This document shows positions 22,007 through 29,351 of a DNA stretch of 64,000 bases, piece after piece; the stretch's first letter is position 1, and every line of letters begins with the position of its first letter. The position numbers were made by a program, and so were the translations under genes. Source of the stretch: Acidimicrobiales bacterium (GTDB lineage: Bacteria > Actinomycetota > Acidimicrobiia > Acidimicrobiales > RAAP-2); the NCBI GenBank assembly GCA_036491435.1, contig DASXBZ010000012.1, forward strand, positions 3,819-67,818, written 5' to 3'. The notes beneath the pieces are model-generated. The model was given only the letters and a program-made list of their open reading frames with translations. It was not told the DNA's origin and ran no database searches.

Positions 22007-23371
22007 TCAGCCGATCCATACCGTCTTTTGATTCGTGAACTCTTTCAGGCCGAGCTCGGACAGCTCACGGCCGTAGCCCGACCGCTTCACGCCGCCGAAC
22101 GGCATTTCGGGCGCGGAGACGACCATGGCGTTCACGAACACCTGACCGGCCTCGATCTCCTCGATGCAGCGCGCGATGTCGTCGGCGTCGTTGGCCCACA
22201 CGCTCGAGCCGAGACCGAAGGTGGTGGCGTTGGCGGCGGCGATGGCGGCATCGAGGTCGGGAACGCGCAGCACGAGCGCCACAGGGCCGAAGATCTCCTC
22301 CTGCGCGATTGGCATGTCGGTGGTCACTCCGGAGAGAACGGTCGGGGCGAACCACCAGCCGTCGCCTGTCGGGATCTTGTCGCCGGCGTGCACCGTCGCG
22401 CCCTGCGCCCGCGCGTCCTCCACCTGCCGGACGAGCTCGTCGCGCTGGGTCTCGGTCACGATCGGCCCCACGTCCGTGCTCGGTTCGAACGGGTCGCCGA
22501 CCACGAGCGTGTCCATCCCCTCGACGAAGCGCGCCAGGAACTCGTCGGCGACGTCTTCGTGGACGATGAAGCGCTTGGCCGCGATGCACGACTGCCCGTT
22601 GTTCTGCACGCGTGCGGTGACGGCGGTGCGCACAGCGGCATCGAGGTCGGCCGACGGCAGGACGATGAAGGGGTCCGAACCTCCGAGCTCGAGCACGCTC
22701 TTCTTGAGCGCGTGGCCGGCGGCCGACGCCACGGACATGCCGGCGCGCTCGCTGCCGGTGATGGTGACGGCCTTGATGCGCGGGTCGTTGATCAGATCGG
22801 CGACGTCCTTGGACTCGACGAACAGGTTGGTGAAGGCGCCTTGAGGGAGGCCGGCCCGGCGGAAGAGGTCCTCGATCGCCAAGGCGGTCTGCGGGACGTT
22901 GGAGGCGTGCTTGAGGAGGCCGACGTTGCCGACCATGAGCGCGGGCGCGGCGAAGCGCATCACCTGCCACATGGGGAAGTTCCACGGCATGACGGCGAGG
23001 ACGGGGCCGATGGGCTGGTAGTGGACGTACGACTTCTTGGCCGAGGTCGGGATGACCTGGTCGGCGAGCAGGCGTTCGCTGTTGTCGGCGAACCAGCGCA
23101 GCGACATGGCGCATTTGGCCACCTCCGCCTTGGCGGCGGCAAACGTCTTGCCCATCTCGGTGGTCAGGATCGTGGCGACGTCGGGGATCTCGCCCTCGAG
23201 GAGTTCGGCGGCGGTGATCAGGTGACGGGCACGCTCGGCGTAGGTGGTGTGCCGGTACTCGGCGAAGGCCTTGACGGCCTGGTCCAGGAGTGCGTCGACC
23301 TCGGCCGAGGTCATGGTCGGGAATTCCTTCTCGACCTTCCCGGTGGTTGGGTTGGTGGTGGCGAAAGGCAT
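22007..23371 (-). CDS. NAD(P)-dependent aldehyde dehydrogenase (succinate-semialdehyde dehydrogenase-like)
   Basis: LELGGSDPFIV and NNGQSCIAAKRFIV catalytic Glu/Cys motifs. 454 aa. Confidence 0.9.
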   Translation of the reverse strand: MPFATTNPTTGKVEKEFPTMTSAEVDALLDQAVKAFAEYRHTTYAERARHLITAAELLEGEIPDVATILTTEMGKTFAAAKAEVAKCAMSLRWFADNSERLLADQVIPTSAKKSYVHYQPIGPVLAVMPWNFPMWQVMRFAAPALMVGNVGLLKHASNVPQTALAIEDLFRRAGLPQGAFTNLFVESKDVADLINDPRIKAVTITGSERAGMSVASAAGHALKKSVLELGGSDPFIVLPSADLDAAVRTAVTARVQNNGQSCIAAKRFIVHEDVADEFLARFVEGMDTLVVGDPFEPSTDVGPIVTETQRDELVRQVEDARAQGATVHAGDKIPTGDGWWFAPTVLSGVTTDMPIAQEEIFGPVALVLRVPDLDAAIAAANATTFGLGSSVWANDADDIARCIEEIEAGQVFVNAMVVSAPEMPFGGVKRSGYGRELSELGLKEFTNQKTVWIG

Positions 23372-23400
23372 GGTCCCAGTTTTACCCGCCGACGGTGGCT

Positions 23401-23434
23401 GGCGAGCCGGCGAGCCCCGGGAGTCCCGGGAGTC
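23401..23434. repeat. two back-to-back short tandem duplications (GGCGAGCC x2, CCGGGAGTC x2)
   Basis: Read directly: 23401-23416 and 23417-23434. Confidence 0.85.
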
Positions 23435-23457
23435 CCGGCCTTGGAGGTGGGAGCCGG

Positions 23458-23507
23458 GTCAGGACGTGTCAGGACTTGTGAGGTCTTGTGAGGTCTTGTC
23501 AGGTCTT
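23458..23507. repeat. five tandem 10-bp direct repeats, consensus GTSAGGWCKT
   Basis: GTCAGGACGT GTCAGGACTT GTGAGGTCTT GTGAGGTCTT GTCAGGTCTT, followed by a degenerate GTTGGGCCAG. Lies 87-136 nt upstream of the aldehyde dehydrogenase start. Confidence 0.9.
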
Positions 23508-23598
23508 GTTGGGCCAGCCAGCCGCAGAGCGTGTACTTGAACCAGGTCCCCGCCAAGTACCCCGAGGCCATGCAGCTCAACGTCACCACGGCGGCTAA

Positions 23599-23706
23599 CT
23601 ACGACAAGAACGGCGGTGCTGCGGAGACGCTTGTGGCTGCGGTCGCCGAGAAGGTGACGACGGTCAGCACGGCTGCCAGCAAGCCACGGTGAGTGTTCCC
23701 GCCCAT
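23599..23706 (-). CDS. candidate 35-aa signal-peptide-like small ORF (MGGNTHRGLLAAVLTVVTFSATAATSVSAAPPFLS)
   Basis: GGGAG RBS 6 nt before ATG 23706. CATAAT -10-like hexamer at 23729-23734 (minus strand). n/h/c signal-peptide layout. High GC3, but the third positions are shared with a plus-strand frame. Too short for the ORF track. Confidence 0.3.
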   Translation of the reverse strand: MGGNTHRGLLAAVLTVVTFSATAATSVSAAPPFLS

Positions 23707-23795
23707 AGATCTCTCCCTCTTGCCGCACATTATGGATGCTGCCGGCCCAAAAGGCGGGTCAAACAGATGCCATAGGGGGTGCCCGACAACTGCTT

Positions 23796-23807
23796 GTTCG
23801 TACGAAC
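23796..23807. promoter_or_regulatory. perfect 12-bp palindrome GTTCGTACGAAC
   Basis: Read directly. Sits 44-55 nt downstream of the acyl-CoA synthetase stop, flanked by an imperfect CAAC...GTTG dyad. Confidence 0.3.
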
Positions 23808-23850
23808 TGTTGGCCGTGATGAACGCCGGGCACGCGTCAGCGGCGACTCG

Positions 23851-25278
23851 CTACGTTTCGAGGCCGAGGTGGCCGGGCACGCTGCGTCGGATCAGTTTGC
23901 CGGTGGCGGTGTGCGGCAGTTCCGTCGTCGCGAAGTATGCCTTGGGTCGTTTATAGGGCGCGAGACGGGACGATGCGGCGGCTCGGAGCGCCTCTTCCGC
24001 GGACGTACTGCCGCGGCTTGAGTCGGGCACATAGGCCACGCAGACCCTTTGGCCCCATTGCTCGTCCTGCAGGGCGAAGACAGCGACCTCCCGGACGCCG
24101 GGCACGGCGGAGAGCGCGTTCTCCACCTCGGCGGGATACACGTTGACGCCACCGCTGATGATGAGGTCGTGGCGGCGCCCCGTCAGAAAGAGGAATCCGT
24201 CGAGATCGAGGCGGCCGAGGTCACCGACAGTGCACGCCGACCCGCGCCAGGCGTGGGCGGTCGCTTCGGGGTTGCGCCAGTAGGTGAATCGAGCGAAGGA
24301 CGGCTGGTCGCACCAGATGGCGCCTTCGCCGTCGTCGACAAGTGCAAGTTCGGTGGGGGCCTCGTCTACAAGGTCGTCGCCGTCGATCGAGGCGATGGCG
24401 AGCCGCCGTCCGGGTCGGGCCTTTCCGACGCTGCCGGGGTGCTCGAGCCAGTCGTCGGGCGAACAGACCGTGTACTGCGCCTCGGTCGAACCGTAGAACT
24501 CCCAGACCACGCCGGGACGGGCGCGTGCCATCGTCGCCCGCTTGACGGTCTCAGGGCACGGCGCGCCGGCGTGGGCGAGCAACCGCAACGAGTCGAACGT
24601 CTCGTCCACACTGAGACCCGGGTGTTGGAGGATGCGCTGCAGGTGGGTCGGGACCAGGAAGGCGGTCGTCGGTCGGAGGCGGCGCAACGTGTCCAACGCG
24701 GTGCCCGCGTCGAAACGGCTCAAGATGGCGAGCGAGCCCCCGGCCAGCAGCGTGTTGGTCGAGAAGCGGATCGACACCGTGTGGTACATCGGCGAGCAGA
24801 CCATGTGCAGGTCGGCCGGGTCGAAGTGCCAGACGCCAGCCTCGTCCTCGTAGACGGCACGGGCGGTCGGTTCGTCCCACAGCCCCGTCGTGACGCCTTT
24901 TGGTCGCCCCGTCGTCCCCGACGTGTAGTGCATCGGACGGGTGAGCGGGTAAGGGGCGAGCTCGACGGAGGCGCCGTCGTCGGCCATCAACGCGGCCAGG
25001 GCACCGTCGTCAAAAACACGTACGACCGGTTCGGCATCGTCCGCCAGCGCGTCGCGCTCGACCGACGTCAACGTCGCGTTCAACAAGACCGGGATGAGGC
25101 CGACACGGGCGGCACCGAGGACCGCACAGATCAGGTCGGCCGACGAGCCCAGGGCAAAGGCGACACGGTCACCCTCCGTGCAACCCCGGGCCAGCAGCGC
25201 CGCCGCCGCACGCCGTTGGCGCACCTCGGCGTCGGGCGCGTGTAGCACTTCGACCTTGACAGGCCCGGGACTGGGCAT
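23851..25278 (-). CDS. AMP-dependent acyl-CoA synthetase/ligase
   Basis: AMP-binding motif MHYTSGTTGRPKGV, TVGDLGRLDLDGFLFLTGR, C-terminal LPHTATGKLIRR. Start set at ATG 25278 (MPSPGPV). Confidence 0.85.
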   Translation of the reverse strand: MPSPGPVKVEVLHAPDAEVRQRRAAAALLARGCTEGDRVAFALGSSADLICAVLGAARVGLIPVLLNATLTSVERDALADDAEPVVRVFDDGALAALMADDGASVELAPYPLTRPMHYTSGTTGRPKGVTTGLWDEPTARAVYEDEAGVWHFDPADLHMVCSPMYHTVSIRFSTNTLLAGGSLAILSRFDAGTALDTLRRLRPTTAFLVPTHLQRILQHPGLSVDETFDSLRLLAHAGAPCPETVKRATMARARPGVVWEFYGSTEAQYTVCSPDDWLEHPGSVGKARPGRRLAIASIDGDDLVDEAPTELALVDDGEGAIWCDQPSFARFTYWRNPEATAHAWRGSACTVGDLGRLDLDGFLFLTGRRHDLIISGGVNVYPAEVENALSAVPGVREVAVFALQDEQWGQRVCVAYVPDSSRGSTSAEEALRAAASSRLAPYKRPKAYFATTELPHTATGKLIRRSVPGHLGLET

Positions 25279-25318
25279 CGGGGCAGCGTACGCCGGTACC
25301 CCGTGCAACCATGGCCCC

Positions 25319-26125
25319 GTGGACGAGAGCGAACTGGAGACGTCCGAGCCCGAGCTCGCCCGTGGCCGTGCCCTCATTGAGAAGGCACGGCGCATCGTCG
25401 TCCTGACGGGCGCGGGGATCTCGACGGAGTCGGGCATCCAGGACTTCCGCGGGCCGAACGGGTTGTGGACCAAGAACCCCGAAGCCGAGAAGACGATGAC
25501 GCTGCAGACTTACATGGCCGACCCCGAACACCGCCAGCGCGCGTGGCAGAACCGCCTCACATCGACGTTGTGGGACGCCGAGCCCAACGCAGGTCACCGC
25601 GCGCTCGTCGAGCTCGAGCGCAGCGGTCGCCTCGACACGTTGGTGACGCAAAACATCGACGGTCTGCACCAAAAGGCTGGCACCGACCCGGCCCGCGTCG
25701 TCGAGATACACGGGACGACCCGCGACGTCATGTGCCTCACTTGCGGCGACCGCCAGCCGAGCGAGCCCGTCCACGAGCGGGTGCGCGGTGGCGAGACCGA
25801 CCCGACCTGCCTTGTCGAGGCCGCCGACGGCACCGTCTGCGGCGGCATCTTGAAGCCCGCGACCATCAGCTTCGGCCAGAGCCTGGTGCCCGAGGACCTG
25901 TTGCGAGCCGAATCGGCCGCCAGCGCCTGCGACCTCCTCCTCGCCGTGGGCTCCACGCTCGGGGTGTTCCCCGCCGCCGGCCTGGTCCCTGTCGCCGTCC
26001 AGCATGGCGCGGTGGTCGTGATCCTCAACGGCGGGCCGACCGAAATGGACTCCCTCGCCGACGTCGTCGTCTACGGGCGCATCGGGGAGTGTCTTCCGAA
26101 GATGGTCGAGGGGCTGCCGGCCTGA
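25319..26125 (+). CDS. cobB: NAD-dependent protein deacylase (Sir2 family)
   Basis: GAGISTESGIQDFRGPNGLW, QNIDGLH, Zn cysteines CLTCG...C...CGG. GTG 25319 start. Divergent from the acyl-CoA synthetase. Confidence 0.9.
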   Translation: MDESELETSEPELARGRALIEKARRIVVLTGAGISTESGIQDFRGPNGLWTKNPEAEKTMTLQTYMADPEHRQRAWQNRLTSTLWDAEPNAGHRALVELERSGRLDTLVTQNIDGLHQKAGTDPARVVEIHGTTRDVMCLTCGDRQPSEPVHERVRGGETDPTCLVEAADGTVCGGILKPATISFGQSLVPEDLLRAESAASACDLLLAVGSTLGVFPAAGLVPVAVQHGAVVVILNGGPTEMDSLADVVVYGRIGECLPKMVEGLPA

Positions 26126-26149
26126 CCCGGCCGACCGCCTGACGTCGTC

Positions 26150-26305
26150 CTACTGCTTGCCGTTGCCGTTGGCGCTGCCGCCACCGCCGCCCTTGGCCTG
26201 CCGTCGTGGCTTCAGGGCGAACCACCAGATGCTGGCGATCGTCCCCAGCGTCACGGCGGCGGCCGCCACCGGCTTCACGACTTTGCGGGCACCGCTCTTC
26301 GGCAT
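26150..26305 (-). CDS. candidate 51-aa single-TM small protein (MPKSGARKVVKPVAAAAVTLGTIASIWWFALKPRRQAKGGGGGSANGNGKQ)
   Basis: ATG lies 11 nt after the SDR stop on the same strand. High GC3, a basic N-terminus, one TM helix and a Gly-rich tail. No clear RBS. Too short for the ORF track. Confidence 0.4.
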   Translation of the reverse strand: MPKSGARKVVKPVAAAAVTLGTIASIWWFALKPRRQAKGGGGGSANGNGKQ

Positions 26306-26316
26306 GGGGGCAGACA

Positions 26317-27138
26317 CTATCGGGCCGGCCCCGATCGGGAAGGTGCGGCGGTCGAGGACCCGGTCGGCTGGTCAGGGATGCGCAGCGTCACCGACTCGGG
26401 CCTTTCGGGCCCGAACGCCAACCCCAAGATGTGGTCGCCCACCCATCCCGGCGAGTTGAACCGCTGCAGCTCGGCCACCCGCCGGAACCGTTCGCGCTCG
26501 GGGAACCAGGCCGGGTCGGCTGCCCGGATCGCCGTCTGCATGTCGGTGTCGACTAGCCCCGGCGAGACTGCGTACGCACTCAGATCGTGGCGCGCCTCTT
26601 CCAACGCGACCACCCGGGTCAGTTGGTCCACCGCCGCCTTCGAGGCGCAGTAGGCCGCCCAACCCTCGTACGCCTTCGTCGCCGCCCCCGACGACATGTT
26701 GACCAAGACGCCGCGTCCGGGCCTCTCCCGTACGTGTGCCGCGAACACCGACGAGCCGTTCGCCACACCGACGACGTTGACCTCGATCGCCTGGGCCACC
26801 TCCGCCCCGTCCGCCAGCGCCAGCGGGGCGATGGGCCCGAGCAGGCCGGCGTTGTTCACCCACAGGTCGATGCGACCGAATCGTTCGACGACGGCGTCCG
26901 CAAAATCGGCCAACGCCGCGCGGTCGGTGACGTCGACCGCCGACAGCAGCGGCGCCTCGGACGAGACGATGTGGCCGCCTTGCGCCGTGGGTCTGGTCCT
27001 CGCCACGAGTCGCGGTCGGTGCCGTGCGCACAAGCCGAGATGCATGCCCGACGCCGCAAAGTGCACCGCCAACCCCGCCCCCAATCCCCGGCTCGCCCCG
27101 GTCACGACGGCGACCCGCCCCGTGACGTTGGGGTTCAT
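26317..27138 (-). CDS. SDR-family oxidoreductase
   Basis: VAVVTGASRGLG cofactor motif, NNAG, YCASKAAV catalytic Tyr/Lys. ATGA overlap with the upstream gene. The 404-aa ORF was trimmed to MNPNVTG. Confidence 0.85.
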   Translation of the reverse strand: MNPNVTGRVAVVTGASRGLGAGLAVHFAASGMHLGLCARHRPRLVARTRPTAQGGHIVSSEAPLLSAVDVTDRAALADFADAVVERFGRIDLWVNNAGLLGPIAPLALADGAEVAQAIEVNVVGVANGSSVFAAHVRERPGRGVLVNMSSGAATKAYEGWAAYCASKAAVDQLTRVVALEEARHDLSAYAVSPGLVDTDMQTAIRAADPAWFPERERFRRVAELQRFNSPGWVGDHILGLAFGPERPESVTLRIPDQPTGSSTAAPSRSGPAR

Positions 27139-27887
27139 GCGCTCCGACGCACCGAGCGCTCCTCGGCGTACCGTTGCGCAGCCCGTACGAGCGCGTCGAA
27201 CGGTCGCCGGTCCCCCTGCTCTTCCGGGTGCCATTGCACGCCCAGAACGAAACGTGCACCTGGGAGCTCGACCGCCTCGGTGACGCCATCGTCGGTCGCA
27301 GCGGTCGGGACCAGTCCCCGCCCGATCTCGGCGATCGCCTGATGGTGCGAGCACTTGACCACGGGCTTCGGACCGAACACCGCGGCCGCCAGCGACCCGG
27401 GCACTGTCTTGACGTCGACGTCGCCGAACACGAAGGGCGCACTGCGGTGCGCCGCGTGCCCGATCACGTCGGGCAGGTGCTGATGCAACGTGCCGCCCAG
27501 CTCCACGTTCAGGACCTGGCAGCCGCGGCAAATGGCGAGCACCGGCAGCTCCGCCGCCAACGCGGCTGCCAGGAGCGCGCGCTCGCTGGCGTCCCGGACG
27601 GGGTCGACGCCGCCGGTCTCGACGTCGGTCGGCGCGGCATAGGCCCCCGGGTCAACGTCACCACCCCCGGTAAGCACCAGGCCGTCGAGCACGGCGACCA
27701 CCTCGGCAGCACCGGACGCCGGGCCATCCGGCGCGGTGCTCGGCGGCGGCACCAACAAGGGTCTGCCACCGGCGGCGGCGGTCAGCTCGAAATAGGACTG
27801 GGGCAGCACGCCCGAACGCCGTTCCCACGATCCCCATCGAACGTCCGCCACGTAGGTCGTGAGGCCGATCAGCGGTAACGCCGGCAT
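27135..27887 (-). CDS. class I glutamine amidotransferase-like gamma-glutamyl hydrolase (PuuD/peptidase C26-like)
   Basis: Nucleophile ICRGCQVLNV, SHHQA, GVQWHPE. Confidence 0.85.
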   Translation of the reverse strand: MPALPLIGLTTYVADVRWGSWERRSGVLPQSYFELTAAAGGRPLLVPPPSTAPDGPASGAAEVVAVLDGLVLTGGGDVDPGAYAAPTDVETGGVDPVRDASERALLAAALAAELPVLAICRGCQVLNVELGGTLHQHLPDVIGHAAHRSAPFVFGDVDVKTVPGSLAAAVFGPKPVVKCSHHQAIAEIGRGLVPTAATDDGVTEAVELPGARFVLGVQWHPEEQGDRRPFDALVRAAQRYAEERSVRRSA

Positions 27888-27937
27888 CGGCCCAGAGTAC
27901 CCATGGGCTGGACGACCGCCACCGGCGCAGCCAACAT

Positions 27938-29302
27938 GTGGAAATGCCTGGTCGCGAGCTGATCGATGCCGGGGTCGCCGACGGATCGATCGACACGGTC
28001 GTCATCGCGTTCCCTGACGTGCATGGGCGGCCGGTCGGCAAGCGTGTGACGGCCGACTACTTCGCCACGCACGTCGCCGAGCACGGGATCGAGTGCTGCG
28101 AGTACGTACTGGCGGTCGACGTCGACATGACACCGCTGCCGGGCTACCGCTTCGCCAATTGGGACACCGGCTACGGCGACGTGGTCTGCCGCCCGGACTT
28201 CGCGACGGCCCGGCGCATCCCGTGGCTCGAGGGCACGGCGTGGGTGATCGCCGACCTCACCGACGGGTCCGGCGCGCCGGTCGAGGTGTCACCCCGGCAG
28301 ATACTGCGGCGACAGCTTGAGCGGGCGGCCGAGCGGGGGCTTCGCGTGCTGGCGGCGACCGAGCTCGAGTTCTATCTGTTCCGTGACTCCTACGAGCAGG
28401 CGGCGGCGAAGGGGTGGCAGGGGCTCGTGCCGCATACCTCGACGATCGAGGACTACCAATTGCTGCAGACGTCGCGGGAGGAATACATCTTGCGGCGGAT
28501 ACGCAACGAGATGATCGGTGCCGGCATCCCGGTCGAGTTCTCCAAGGGCGAGGCGGGGCGGGGACAGCACGAAGTGAACGTCACGTATGACGAGGCGTTG
28601 ACGGCGGCAGACCGGCACTTGGTGTTCAAGAACGGGATCAAGGAGATCGCCGCCCAGGAGGGGCGGGCCGCGACGTTCATGGCGAAGTGGACGATGGACG
28701 ACACCGGATCGTCATGTCACGTCCACACGTCGCTGTGGGACGCGGAGAGCGGCGAGCCGTTGATGGCGGACGCGTCGCATCCGACGGGCTTGTCGGAGTT
28801 GGGGCGCCGTTGGTTGGCGGGGCAGCTCGCGGCGGCGCGGGAGCTGTCGTGGTGCGCCGCGCCGACGGTGAACTCCTACCGTCGCTACGTGCCGGGGAGT
28901 TGGGCGCCGACGGCGGTCGTGTGGGGCCAGGACAACCGGACGTGCGGGTTCCGTGTGGTGGGTACCGGGGCGGGCCGACGGGTCGAGTCACGGATACCGG
29001 GGGCCGACGTGAATCCGTACCTGGTGTTGGCGGCGGCGATAGCGGCGGGCCTGTACGGGATCGACCACGAGCTTGAGCTGGGTCCTCCCTACCCGCGCAA
29101 CGCGTACGAGGCCGACGACGTCCCCCGGATCCCGACCACCTTGGTGGAGGCGATCGACGAGCTGCGGGGGTCGAAGGTCGCCGTGGAGGCGTTCGGGCCG
29201 GACGTGCACCACCACTTGTTGAACACCGCCGTGCAGGAGTGGGAGGCGTCGAACCGCCATGTGTCGGACTGGGAGCTGGCCCGGTACTTCGAGCGGATGT
29301 AG
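27938..29302 (+). CDS. glutamine synthetase-family gamma-glutamyl-amine ligase (GlnA3/PuuA-like)
   Basis: 454 aa. GS beta-grasp and catalytic-domain pattern (EFYLF, GEAGRGQHEVN, SSCHVHTSLW, NSYRRY, NRTCGFRV, PGADVNPYL). Divergent from the PuuD-like gene. Confidence 0.9.
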   Translation: MEMPGRELIDAGVADGSIDTVVIAFPDVHGRPVGKRVTADYFATHVAEHGIECCEYVLAVDVDMTPLPGYRFANWDTGYGDVVCRPDFATARRIPWLEGTAWVIADLTDGSGAPVEVSPRQILRRQLERAAERGLRVLAATELEFYLFRDSYEQAAAKGWQGLVPHTSTIEDYQLLQTSREEYILRRIRNEMIGAGIPVEFSKGEAGRGQHEVNVTYDEALTAADRHLVFKNGIKEIAAQEGRAATFMAKWTMDDTGSSCHVHTSLWDAESGEPLMADASHPTGLSELGRRWLAGQLAAARELSWCAAPTVNSYRRYVPGSWAPTAVVWGQDNRTCGFRVVGTGAGRRVESRIPGADVNPYLVLAAAIAAGLYGIDHELELGPPYPRNAYEADDVPRIPTTLVEAIDELRGSKVAVEAFGPDVHHHLLNTAVQEWEASNRHVSDWELARYFERM

Positions 29303-29351
29303 TTCGTCGTCCCTGGCCAGCGCCTCTTCGCCGGGCGGGCGGCCCGTTACG

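Noticed and set aside
23458-23507. Possible CRISPR array
   Set aside because: The units are 10 bp and directly abutting with no spacers. No cas genes are in the window.
23531-23692. Plus-strand small ORF (VYLNQVPAKYPEAMQLNVTTAANYDKNGGAAETLVAAVAEKVTTVSTAASKPR)
   Set aside because: It has high GC3, but it shares third positions with the minus-strand ORF. It has no usable RBS before GTG 23531 or ATG 23570 and would be antisense to both flanking genes. I kept it only as the alternative reading of the same signal.
23459-23728. 89-aa minus-strand ORF from the track
   Set aside because: This frame runs through the 10-bp repeats and is Arg/Leu/Gly rich. There is no RBS before its GTG.
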